Shown piece by piece: positions 19,300 through 28,407 of a DNA stretch of 64,000 nt; position 1 is the stretch's first letter; each line of letters starts with the position of its first letter. The stretch is from Acidobacteriota bacterium (GTDB lineage: Bacteria > Acidobacteriota > UBA6911 > RPQK01 > JADFOI01), in NCBI GenBank assembly GCA_963663035.1, contig OY760074.1:2272001-2336000 (forward strand). Reading direction: 5' to 3'. The notes beneath the pieces are model-generated. The model was not told the origin of the DNA and searched no databases. It was given only the letters and a program-made list of their open reading frames with translations. The translations under genes and the position numbers were made by a program.

Positions 19300-19830
19300 C
19301 TACTGCAGCGGCGAATCCACGGAAGCGGCTCGTTTGCGCCCTCCTGCCACCAGATAGACTACCGACCCAATTCCCCACAGCAACAAAGTAAAAATCAGGC
19401 CTTCGACCACATGACCGAACATGTGCCCCCAAGTGTTCGCTTCCTGTGGACCCGGATGACGCATATAGTACTGCAGCGGCGTAGCGGCTCGTTTGCGCCC
19501 TCCTGCCACCAGAAGTACCGACCCAATCGATGCCCCCAAGTGTTCGCTTCCTGTGGACCCGTGTAGTAAGTATCGATTCCTCCAAAGTCATCGATGGCAA
19601 TGCCGAGAATCACAAACAGCATGGCGGAGAAAGCAAACAAAGCAGCCAGAACAAGTAGATCGCGAAAAGTCCCCCCCCCGGCGTGCCACTGCCACGGAAT
19701 AGATCAGCATAATGATGGGGAGCAGTATGGTGAGGCTCACCCAGTTCGTCCCTTGCTCAGAAGGAATCTGAAAAAGGGGTTGGAGTAGAAAGCGCACTAT
19801 CGCCATCAGCAGCAGTAGTCCTATTCCCAC
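19300..19830 (-). pseudogene. Small multi-TM membrane protein disrupted by a G9 tract (+1) and a 107-bp internal duplication (may be a sequencing artefact)
   Basis: ORF pieces 19588-19830, 19395-19640 and 19300-19539 join into one hydrophobic protein if one G at 19671-19679 and positions 19454-19560 are removed. Confidence 0.6.
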
Positions 19831-19843
19831 GCGAGCGTCTCTC

Positions 19844-20115
19844 AGTACTCACTTTCATAAATACGGTAACGTTTGTTGGGAGCGCGACGGAGCCCAGATC
19901 GAGGCGCGACGACGAGTCGATGTCGAGACATCGGCGAGGAGGAGCAACACAGAGATGGGCCCGTCCCGCCCCAACCCTTCGGGCGAATGGGGGTTGCGGG
20001 CGATCTCTTTGTCTCTCGTCGTCGTCGATGTCAGGACATCGCCTCCTCCTCCCTTCGCAACCTCGCCTCGCAAGCCCTATCCGCAGACGTGATCGTATTT
20101 ATGAAAGGGAGTACT
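19844..20115 (+). mobile_element. MITE family 2, copy 2 (~272 bp)
   Basis: TIR AGTACTCACTTTCATAAATACG / CGTATTTATGAAAGGGAGTACT; twin internal hairpins CGATGTC..GACATCG. Confidence 0.85.
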
Positions 20116-20160
20116 AAGGTACTGACTAAACGGTTTGTCAAAAAGCTTCATTTGTTCCTT

Positions 20161-22428
20161 CTAAAGAGCTGCTAGAAACGAGACAATCTGCTCCTGGGTA
20201 TCTCCAATATCCTCGTATAGGATTCCATGTTTGTTTGACGGCACCATCACAACGTTCTTTTTGCTGGTACCCAGCTTTTCATGGATGAGTTCGGCGCTTT
20301 TGGGATCAACGGTTGGGTCGTCAGTTCCCTGAATGAGGGTGACAGGACACTGCACTTCGGGCAGACGTTCTTCCAGCTCGTCCAACATGCTCTGCAGCTC
20401 GTACAGACCGCGGATGGGCTTGTTGCGGTAGTTGATATGGGGATGCTCTGGCTTGGTCGGGCCAAAAGGCATGATGCCTTCAAAGGATGAAACCCAGCGT
20501 ACCAGCCGGTTGGCTCGGTGAACAAGTGGCACAAAGATCAGGCTGCGGTCCCGGAACTTCAGGGGCACGGAGATAGCTGCTACTCCAACCAGCCGATCGG
20601 GGCGCTCAGCGGCCAGAAGAAGTGACAGGCCTCCGCCGGTTGAGAATCCGACCAGGCAGAGGCGGCGCGCAAACGCCGACAATACCTGAAAACCTTCTCG
20701 CACCGGCTCCAGCCAATCCTGCCAACTCCTCTCGCGGAGATCCCAGGGAGAAGTACCGTGACCCTTCAGTCGTACTCCCATCACAGGATAACCGAGGGAG
20801 TGCAGTCTCTCACCAAAGGGACGGACCTCGGCGGGCGAGGCCGTGAACCCGTGCACCAGTACGACGCCCAGTTCTTTGCTCTCTTGGGGGAGCAGTAGGA
20901 ACGGCTCCCCGCTCTCAGTAAAAGTCTCCTGCTGGTTGACCTCCTCATAGCGAGGTTTGGAAAAGGACTTCCTGTCCCAGGAGTAAGCAATGAGTTGGTC
21001 ATCAAAGCGCAGCTTGGCCATCGTTTGGGCGTCCAGCAGTGAGGCTTTCTCGATCGACTGCTCGACCGAACGGGAGACCCCGGCGAGGGGCTCAACTTCG
21101 TTGGCATAGACCACCACCAGGTTCTCGAGACGGATCTCGTCGAACTCGTGCTCCTGGCAGAGCTTGGGGAGAAACCGGTATCGTCCCCTGACTTCCTCGA
21201 CAAGATCCATGGAGACGGTGGTGTTTAGAAACTGCTCCAGCCCCGGGCATCGGCCCTGGAGGACCCCACTATAACCCTGTGGGTCTTTGAGACTTCGATG
21301 AAGGTGAAGGGAAGATTCCTTCTGGGCGTCTTTAACCGCCAGGTAGAGGATCTTGCGGAACAGGCCCTGATCAATTTCCGTTTGCCCTTTGTCCACTAAA
21401 GTCAGGATGATCGATGAAGCCAGGTGACTGAGATGAACGGTCACGCCGGTATACATCCTGTGCATGTACTCGTCTCTGATTTTCCGGGCCTTGCCTCCCA
21501 TGCGCCTGGCGATGAAGCGGGCATTCCACCTCCCCCCTTCGGGCATCAGCCCGAAGAATCCATCCAGGGAATCGATCTTACGACCCAGACGAGTCATGAT
21601 CTTCCGCTCCCACCAGCGCCAAAACCTGGGGGGTTGCACCGGTTCACCCAGACGAATATCCATGTCCGTGTCCTTGAGGAGGATATTGCCCTCGATCAAC
21701 AGTTCCTCAGAAAGCCGGCGGCTCAGTCCCCTGCTCAGGAGCTCCCCCACCTTCCGCAGGATGTTGTCGTTGACTCGGATGGGATAGAAGGTGATGGTAG
21801 CGGGTACAATAAGGGTGGGCCGACGCGCCGCAGTCAACAGCGCTTCCTCACTCTCCAGACCCAGGGCCTCAACCCATGCCTCCACACGCCTCATGTTTCC
21901 TGACTTATGGGCCAGCAGGACGGCCGTCTTGAAGGCGTCCAGAGCGAGTGCCAGGACAGCGGCTCCGGTGTGGTGTTTGCGCCTCTTTTTTGCCATGCGC
22001 GAGTAAACTCTATAGTTGCCTCCACTATCTACCACCCGGCGATCCTTCACCATTCCGCCCTCTGGAAAAATGATCACCTTTCGACCCCGCAGGATTTCTT
22101 GGGCCAAAAGCGGGAGAAGCCTGGGATGGTTATTGGGTACTGCTCCCACCTTCAACAGATAGTTTGACAAGGCAGAACCTTCGACAAAGAAATCGCTGGA
22201 GGCCACCGAGCAGCAAAAGGCCCCGGTCTCCTGGTAAATCAGGTACTGGGGAATAAAGGTCTCAAAGCGCGCAAAGTGGTTAAAGAGAAAGATTTCTCCG
22301 GCCTCGACCTGGCCTGTGTGATGCAGCTTGAGATTGACTCGCAGAATCTTCTTCAGGATCTTGAAGATCCGGACGGACCACTCATAAGTGGCCTGGTTGA
22401 TCTGCAGAGGATCCCTTTGTTCTGGCAT
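20161..22428 (-). CDS. PlsC/GPAT-type acyltransferase fused to C-terminal alpha/beta hydrolase (carboxylesterase)
   Basis: 'FNHFARFET' and 'IFPEGG' (acyltransferase); 'HGFTASP', GFSTGG, 'DPTVDP', 'KHG' (hydrolase). Start MPEQRD at 22428. Confidence 0.8.
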   Translation of the reverse strand: MPEQRDPLQINQATYEWSVRIFKILKKILRVNLKLHHTGQVEAGEIFLFNHFARFETFIPQYLIYQETGAFCCSVASSDFFVEGSALSNYLLKVGAVPNNHPRLLPLLAQEILRGRKVIIFPEGGMVKDRRVVDSGGNYRVYSRMAKKRRKHHTGAAVLALALDAFKTAVLLAHKSGNMRRVEAWVEALGLESEEALLTAARRPTLIVPATITFYPIRVNDNILRKVGELLSRGLSRRLSEELLIEGNILLKDTDMDIRLGEPVQPPRFWRWWERKIMTRLGRKIDSLDGFFGLMPEGGRWNARFIARRMGGKARKIRDEYMHRMYTGVTVHLSHLASSIILTLVDKGQTEIDQGLFRKILYLAVKDAQKESSLHLHRSLKDPQGYSGVLQGRCPGLEQFLNTTVSMDLVEEVRGRYRFLPKLCQEHEFDEIRLENLVVVYANEVEPLAGVSRSVEQSIEKASLLDAQTMAKLRFDDQLIAYSWDRKSFSKPRYEEVNQQETFTESGEPFLLLPQESKELGVVLVHGFTASPAEVRPFGERLHSLGYPVMGVRLKGHGTSPWDLRERSWQDWLEPVREGFQVLSAFARRLCLVGFSTGGGLSLLLAAERPDRLVGVAAISVPLKFRDRSLIFVPLVHRANRLVRWVSSFEGIMPFGPTKPEHPHINYRNKPIRGLYELQSMLDELEERLPEVQCPVTLIQGTDDPTVDPKSAELIHEKLGTSKKNVVMVPSNKHGILYEDIGDTQEQIVSFLAAL

Positions 22429-23095
22429 TCTTAACCGTCGCCTCACTGCTCTGGTACTGAACCAGAAACTCCAGGAGTTGGATTTGCTCCCCCTCTTCCA
22501 TCTGAAGGAACTCGAGAGCAACTTCATTGAGAGGTTTTCCGTCGCGTTGGGTTGGATGCGATCGAACCACCCATCCGACGGCATTCAGGGGATGGGAGTC
22601 GGGAAAATAGAGGTTGATCTCCAGCTTATCTCCCGCTTTCAAGAGAAGGCTGGTCTCAAATAACAACCCGCCCACACTGATATTTTCGGTCTCGGAGTTG
22701 ACAACTCTCTCGCCGTTGAGTTGTGGGTCGGCAGCGTCAATGACGGTAAACCAGAAAGGAATGTGCATGTTCAGCCGAGGGGACTTTCTCCGCTGCACGG
22801 TTATCCCTTTATCATGAACTGAGATGGCCAAGTGTCGTTTGCCGGAGGAAGCAAGGTTGACGACCTCGCCCTCCCAGTAATAGACAACAGCCTCTTCATC
22901 CCAGTATTTGAGTCGAACCTTCTCTCCTTCCTGAAACAGGTCCTGTGAGGTGGGTCTGGCAAGCTCCAACCAGATTTCAGCTGGAGAGCTTTCTACGATA
23001 GTAGCGGCGAGAGTCTCCTTCGAGTCCCCCTGGATGGAGATAGCTAGCCCTGCCGTCGGGTACTGGCCGAGGCCAGCAACGCCCTTGTCAATCAT
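22382..23095 (-). CDS. PilZ-domain (c-di-GMP receptor, YcgR-like) protein
   Basis: QRRKSPR (RxxxR) and ENISVGG (D/NxSxxG) motifs. Confidence 0.82.
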   Translation of the reverse strand: MIDKGVAGLGQYPTAGLAISIQGDSKETLAATIVESSPAEIWLELARPTSQDLFQEGEKVRLKYWDEEAVVYYWEGEVVNLASSGKRHLAISVHDKGITVQRRKSPRLNMHIPFWFTVIDAADPQLNGERVVNSETENISVGGLLFETSLLLKAGDKLEINLYFPDSHPLNAVGWVVRSHPTQRDGKPLNEVALEFLQMEEGEQIQLLEFLVQYQSSEATVKNARTKGSSADQPGHL

Positions 23096-23167
23096 TTGCC
23101 CTGCCTTTCAAGGCTCTAGAGTACTCAATACTACCACAGGGGTCTGCACGAGAAGGCGCTTCCTGCC

Positions 23168-24211
23168 CTAGGTTTTGATCTGCAGTTGCACTTGCTCGAT
23201 TCCCGCCACTATCAGGACCCACTGAAGCTGCATCTGGTCCCGAATCGGCATGGCTCTCAAACCTCTCTGCGACGCGTCTTCGCCAACAGCGGTGGACACA
23301 TTCTGCTCGGACCCTAATCTGTCCTTCCATTCTTCAATCAGCTCTTTCCATCGTAAAGCTTCTGGATCGGGAGGACCCAGAGTTTCACCCACTTTCGGGA
23401 GGATAAACAGCGGCATTTCAGTGACAAGGGTGAGCGGATCACCCCCCACAGAACGAATCGTCTCCATCGAACTGGGCCGGAACTTTCTGGCAGTGAGTTC
23501 GTCCTGACGATCAAGAAAAAACTGGGTCATCGCTTTCGAATCAGGGCGAGTGCAAAATCCCTCTTCAAGCCGGCGGAATCCTTTCTCACCCTGACGGTCG
23601 ACGTCATGAAGGCGATATCCCAATTCTTTCACGGCTCGTCTGCATTTGGCTTTCAGCTCTTCACAGCGCGACAACCAGGCAGGTTCGATCAAAAACCAGG
23701 GTCCACCTGCAAATGCTATCCCATGTAAAGAGACATGAAGGTGGAATGAGTCCTCGGCCTTCATCCACCAGGCGGCAACGCTCTTATTCTCGGGCCGCGC
23801 ATCCACATCCCTCCGATCACGGGGAAAACCGAACTCGATGTCATCACCGGGAAGCTCGCGTCTCACCTGACTGAGATATTGAATGAAGTCGATTTGTTCG
23901 TCCCGGTCCCGGTACCATGAACGATTCACCGCTTCTCCGTCAGGGTTAGCATGGGGAACGATCCACCACTGATAATCTTCTAGAACCGGTGAGTGCTTCG
24001 GAAGATGAGAGAGATAGGAGACGAAGTGCCTCAAAAAGCGAGGACCGACTGGCTCGTCGGCATGACATCCAGCGATGAGGCTGATTCGGAATGCCCCCTG
24101 GCCCAAACAATAACCGGCCAAGGATCTCCGCTCCCGGGAGTAGCCGATCAGTTCTCCCTGGGGAAGAGAAGCTGGCGAAGCAGTCACGATTTCTTGGAAA
24201 AGCTCCTGCAT
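23168..24211 (-). CDS. M14-family zinc carboxypeptidase-like protein
   Basis: 'AGCHADEPVG' (HxxE), 'VPHANPDG', 'VSLHG', 'VTEMP'. Confidence 0.8.
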   Translation of the reverse strand: MQELFQEIVTASPASLPQGELIGYSRERRSLAGYCLGQGAFRISLIAGCHADEPVGPRFLRHFVSYLSHLPKHSPVLEDYQWWIVPHANPDGEAVNRSWYRDRDEQIDFIQYLSQVRRELPGDDIEFGFPRDRRDVDARPENKSVAAWWMKAEDSFHLHVSLHGIAFAGGPWFLIEPAWLSRCEELKAKCRRAVKELGYRLHDVDRQGEKGFRRLEEGFCTRPDSKAMTQFFLDRQDELTARKFRPSSMETIRSVGGDPLTLVTEMPLFILPKVGETLGPPDPEALRWKELIEEWKDRLGSEQNVSTAVGEDASQRGLRAMPIRDQMQLQWVLIVAGIEQVQLQIKT

Positions 24212-24216
24212 GCTTT

Positions 24217-24491
24217 AGTGTCTCGTCCCATGAATACCATAACGTTTGTGGCGAGCGCGACGGCAACGAGTTCACGAAGCGACGACGACGCGATGTCTGT
24301 GTGCATCGCGGAGGAGGAGCGACAAAGAAATTGATGCCGTCCCGCCGCCACCCTTCGGGCTGATGGGGGTTGCGGGCGATCTCTGCGTCGCTCGTCGTCG
24401 CCAATGTCCCTGCATCACCTCCTCCTCGCTCCTTGATCTCCCCTCCCAAGCCCCATCAGCAAACGTCATGCTATTCATGGGACGAGATACT
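24217..24491 (+). mobile_element. MITE family 2, copy 3 (~275 bp)
   Basis: TIR AGTGTCTCGTCCCATGAATA / TATTCATGGGACGAGATACT; shared core CCCTTCGGGC..GGGGGTTGCGGGCGATCTCT. Confidence 0.85.
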
Positions 24492-24535
24492 AGCCCGGGT
24501 TATGCACCTCTAAAAAGGATATACTAGTCCGGCTT

Positions 24536-25465
24536 ATGAGAGTCGCCGGGATTCAATTCTCCTGTGAAGAGTCCAAGGAACAAAACATCAGCAAGGCGGG
24601 AGAGCTGATAAAATCTGCTATTGAGCGTTGCCAACCCCAACTCATTTGTCTTCAGGAGCTCTTCACCACACGCTATTTTCCCAGTCAATTTGACTATAAT
24701 TTCTTCAACCTGGCGGAGAGTATTCCCGGGCCCACCACCACCAGAATGGCTCAGCTCGCCCAACAACATGGCGTCTATATTATTGCCCCCGTCTATGAAG
24801 AGGCAGAGCCGAACCTCTACTTCAACAGTGCCCCTCTGATCTCTCCCGATGGCAAGATCCTGGGTGTCACCAGGAAAATCCATATCCCGCTCTTTGACTA
24901 TACCCTCAAAGATGACACCAATGGAGAGATCAGACACATCTCTTCCTATGAAAAGTTCTACTATGCTGGTGGGAACGATGTCCCGATTTTCGATACTGAT
25001 ATCGGCAAGATAGGGATTCTGATCTGCTGGGATAACGAGTTCCCTGAATTGTGGAGACTTCTGGAGATGAAAGGAGTCGAATTTGTATTTTCTCCCTATG
25101 CCATGTCCAGACCCACGGGCGAGTTTTTTAAGGAGCAGTGGCTCTTTGAGGCCAGGTGCTGCGCCTACTACTTCACGACTTATGTCATGAAGGTGAATCG
25201 GGTCGGCCCGGAGGGAGAGATGGTCTATCGTGGGAGAAGTCTGGTTATCGATCCCACTGGAAAGTTAATCGCTGGTCCCGCAAGTGAAGAGAAAGACGAC
25301 ATCCTGTGGGCGGATATCGATCTGAAGACGGTCAGAGAGCTGAGAAACAGAAGACCCAGGCTCATGAACAGGAGACCTGAGGTTTACAGACAACTCTCCG
25401 AACCCCTGGCCAAACTCGAGAACATCTACGGCGGAGAGCCCACCCCCCATGGCAAAACCATCTGA
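24536..25465 (+). CDS. Carbon-nitrogen hydrolase (N-carbamoylputrescine amidase/beta-ureidopropionase-like)
   Basis: LQELF, RKIHIP, EKFYY, ICWD triad motifs. Confidence 0.88.
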   Translation: MRVAGIQFSCEESKEQNISKAGELIKSAIERCQPQLICLQELFTTRYFPSQFDYNFFNLAESIPGPTTTRMAQLAQQHGVYIIAPVYEEAEPNLYFNSAPLISPDGKILGVTRKIHIPLFDYTLKDDTNGEIRHISSYEKFYYAGGNDVPIFDTDIGKIGILICWDNEFPELWRLLEMKGVEFVFSPYAMSRPTGEFFKEQWLFEARCCAYYFTTYVMKVNRVGPEGEMVYRGRSLVIDPTGKLIAGPASEEKDDILWADIDLKTVRELRNRRPRLMNRRPEVYRQLSEPLAKLENIYGGEPTPHGKTI

Positions 25466-25477
25466 CTTTTCGCGGCC

Positions 25478-25533
25478 TGAGGCGGCTCCCACGTGGGAGC
25501 CGCCTCAAATTCGGCACCTGAGGTGCCTCCCAC
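25478..25533. repeat. REP-like palindrome cluster between convergent genes
   Basis: Perfect 30-bp palindrome TGAGGCGGCTCCCAC|GTGGGAGCCGCCTCA, then GGCACCTGAGGTGCC-TCCCAC. Confidence 0.7.
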
Positions 25534-25562
25534 GGACCATAGAATCATTTGAGCAACACGCC

Positions 25563-26900
25563 CTAGGATTTAGGATTTTGACTCTTGAGTCCCCTTTTCC
25601 TGCTTCCACGAAACAGCAAGCGAATCGGGGTGGCATAGAAACCATACTTCTCACGCAGACGGTTCACCACGAAGCGCTGGGTTGAAAAATGCAGTTTTTG
25701 GGAAGCGCGGGTGAAAAAAACAAAGGTTGGCGGAGTCACCGCTACCTGGGCAGCATACTTGACGGGGAACCTCCAGGAACGGCCTGCCGACGACAGCATA
25801 GGTTGAAGGTCCGTCTCCAGAAACTTGTTGAGTTCAGCTGTCGGAACGCGCAGCAGTCGAGCCTTCTGGGCCTCCCCGACGAGCTCAAGGATCTTAGTGA
25901 CCCGCAAACCCGTCTTTGCGGAGACAAAGATCATCGGTGCGTAGTCCAGAAAGCGCATGCGCAAACGAAACTCCGTCTCCAAGCGGGCTGCCGTGTGAGT
26001 GTCCCGAGCAATCAAATCCCACTTGTTGACCACCACGATGACCGATCTGCCCGCTTGATGGGCATAGCCTCCGATGGTGGCATCCAGCTTGGTGGCCCCT
26101 TCCGTGGCCTCGATCACTAATAGAACGACGTCGGCTCGCTCCAGGCTTTTTCGCGCCATCAGAACACACAACTTTTCCGCCTCGAGTTCTGTTTTTCCCT
26201 TGCGGCGAATTCCCGCCGTATCGATCAGACGATAGGACTGACCTTTGAACTGCAAAACGGAATCAATTGCATCACGAGTGGTACCTGGGAGGTCAGTGAC
26301 AATGGCTCGCTCTTGACCCAGGAGGCGATTCAGCAGTGAAGACTTGCCGACGTTGGGACGACCAATGATGGCAACCCTGAGTTCTTCTTCGCTGCTTGAC
26401 TCCGCCGATTCTGGAATGCGTTCCAGGATCTCCTCAACCAGGACCGAAACCCCCAGTTTGTGCTCAGCGGAAACCGAGTAAAGCATTTTCACACCAAAGC
26501 TATAGAATTGCGCCACCTCTGGTTCCAGTTGCGGGACATCCACTTTGTTGACCACCAAAAGAAACTCCCTGCCGCGGGAGCGCAAAAGAGAATTCAAGGT
26601 CTCGTCCAGTGGACTGATGCCCTGGCGGGCATCCACTACAAAGAGAATGAGGTCAGCTTCCTCCATGGCGATTTCCGCCTGCTGCAGGATCCTCTCCGGA
26701 ATGATCTCTTTCTGGTCAGGAATGAGCCCACCGGTGTCGATCACCTCGAATTGCTTCCCATTCCATCGAGCCATTTCGAAGAGGCGATCCCGAGTTATTC
26801 CCGGTTCTTTCCCTACAATGGCCTTGCGTTTACGGGTGAGCCGATTAAAGAGGGTGGATTTCCCCACGTTTGGTCTTCCAACGATGGCGACTCGATACAT
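25563..26900 (-). CDS. der: Ribosome biogenesis GTPase Der (EngA)
   Basis: Two GTPase domains, each with GRPNVGKS, plus DTGG/DTAG and NKVD/NKWD; KH-like C-terminus. Confidence 0.97.
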   Translation of the reverse strand: MYRVAIVGRPNVGKSTLFNRLTRKRKAIVGKEPGITRDRLFEMARWNGKQFEVIDTGGLIPDQKEIIPERILQQAEIAMEEADLILFVVDARQGISPLDETLNSLLRSRGREFLLVVNKVDVPQLEPEVAQFYSFGVKMLYSVSAEHKLGVSVLVEEILERIPESAESSSEEELRVAIIGRPNVGKSSLLNRLLGQERAIVTDLPGTTRDAIDSVLQFKGQSYRLIDTAGIRRKGKTELEAEKLCVLMARKSLERADVVLLVIEATEGATKLDATIGGYAHQAGRSVIVVVNKWDLIARDTHTAARLETEFRLRMRFLDYAPMIFVSAKTGLRVTKILELVGEAQKARLLRVPTAELNKFLETDLQPMLSSAGRSWRFPVKYAAQVAVTPPTFVFFTRASQKLHFSTQRFVVNRLREKYGFYATPIRLLFRGSRKRGLKSQNPKS

Positions 26901-26911
26901 GTCAACGTTAG

Positions 26912-27117
26912 CCCGGATTATGTATAAATTCTCTACTGCAGCAACGAAATCATCCGCCCTGCCTGCGTTGCGCGACCCACAAGCGGGGTACCCCTCGGTC
27001 TCCTCAACGTACTATACAGTACGTTGCGGGGGCCGACCCGCAAGCGGGTACCCCTCGCGCGCCTTGTCAGGTCGGCGCTTTCGTCGCTTCGTGACGAGAA
27101 CCTATACATCATTCGGG
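26912..27117 (+). mobile_element. MITE family 1 full copy (206 bp) with IS1380-like ends
   Basis: Ends CCCGGATTATGTATAAATT / AACCTATACATCATTCGGG; left end 19/21 identical to the IS1380 end at 40911-40931. Confidence 0.85.
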
Positions 27118-28368
27118 CTCATCCACGAATTGCCGATAGCGGCCAAGATCCGCAAGAGGTAAGGAAGCCCGCAGATGAATGCCGTCTTCACGGTATTCCT
27201 GTGAGCGAATGTTCGCTCGCTGCCGCAGCTTTGAAACCAGATCCCCCCGATGCAAGGGGATGGTCAGGTGGACTTCCCGGTAATTTCGATTGATCAAAAA
27301 CTCAATTTTCTGAAGAAGTCGAGGCAACCCTTCTTTGCTTCGAGCCGAGATAAAAGCATGCTCGAGTGAAGTATCGACATGGGGAGCTTGTTTTAACAGA
27401 TCGATCTTATTGAACGCTTCCAGGACAGGAGTGCCCTCCAGACCAATCTCATCTAAGACCTCATAGACGGCTTGCCGCAGTGCCTGATAATTGGGATGTG
27501 AAACGTCAATCACGTGAAGAATCAGATCCGCCTCCAGGGTTTCCTCCAGTGTGGCGTGGAAGGCTGCCACCAGCGTGTGGGGAAGTTTCCGGATGAATCC
27601 GACCGTGTCACTGAGGAGAGTCTCCTGACCCGAATCCAGACTCATCTTGCGAACCAGGGGATCCAGGGTGGCAAACATCCTCCGGCTGACATAGGTTTCT
27701 TGGTCGGTCAGAGCGTTGAAAAGGGTCGATTTTCCTGCATTGGTGTACCCCACCAAACTGATGGTGGGAATGGGCACTCCCTGGCGCTTACGGCGCTGCA
27801 GTGCCCGTCTGGCTTCCAGTCTCTGCAACTCCCTTTTCAGGCGCGAAATCCGCACCCGGATGGTGCGACGATCGACCTCGAGTTTTGTCTCGCCAGGTCC
27901 ACGAGTCCCAATGCCGCCTCCCAGACGAGATAAGGTCAAGCCAGCGCCCGTGAGCCGCGGCAACCAATACTCCATCTGGGCCAGCTCCACTTGCAGCTTC
28001 CCCTCTCGGCTTTGCGCCCTTTGAGTAAAGATGTCCAGAATGAGCTCGCTGCGATCGATGATCTTCGTCTCCAGAAACTCTTCCAGGTGGCGAAGCTGAG
28101 CCGGTGTTAAATCCTCGTTAAAAATCACCAGATCGGCCTGGCAGCCCAATACCGAATTCTGAATCTCCTCCAACTTCCCCCTCCCCACCAGAAAGGAGGG
28201 ATCGGGTTTGGATTTTTCCTGAAGAAAGACTTCCGATACCTCTGCTCCGGCGCTGACTGCCAGCTCCTCCAGTTCCCTCAAGGACTCCTTTTCAAAGGAA
28301 CGGTGGCGGCCATCCCGGCAAACACCGACGAGAACGGCGCGCTCTGGACGCGCTGAGGTTGCTTCCAT
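27109..28368 (-). CDS. hflX: GTPase HflX
   Basis: 'GIGTRGPGETKLEVDRR', GYTNAGKST, 'FATLDP', DTVGFI, NKID. Confidence 0.97.
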   Translation of the reverse strand: MEATSARPERAVLVGVCRDGRHRSFEKESLRELEELAVSAGAEVSEVFLQEKSKPDPSFLVGRGKLEEIQNSVLGCQADLVIFNEDLTPAQLRHLEEFLETKIIDRSELILDIFTQRAQSREGKLQVELAQMEYWLPRLTGAGLTLSRLGGGIGTRGPGETKLEVDRRTIRVRISRLKRELQRLEARRALQRRKRQGVPIPTISLVGYTNAGKSTLFNALTDQETYVSRRMFATLDPLVRKMSLDSGQETLLSDTVGFIRKLPHTLVAAFHATLEETLEADLILHVIDVSHPNYQALRQAVYEVLDEIGLEGTPVLEAFNKIDLLKQAPHVDTSLEHAFISARSKEGLPRLLQKIEFLINRNYREVHLTIPLHRGDLVSKLRQRANIRSQEYREDGIHLRASLPLADLGRYRQFVDEPE

Positions 28369-28407
28369 TTTGTTTGATTGTATCTTAACTCGAGTGGAAT
28401 CAGCTGA

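Noticed and set aside
19279-19560. Possible CRISPR array or DGR template/variable repeat pair
   Set aside because: Only two copies, no constant repeat-spacer period, differences are deletions rather than A-specific substitutions, and no cas or reverse transcriptase gene is present in the window.
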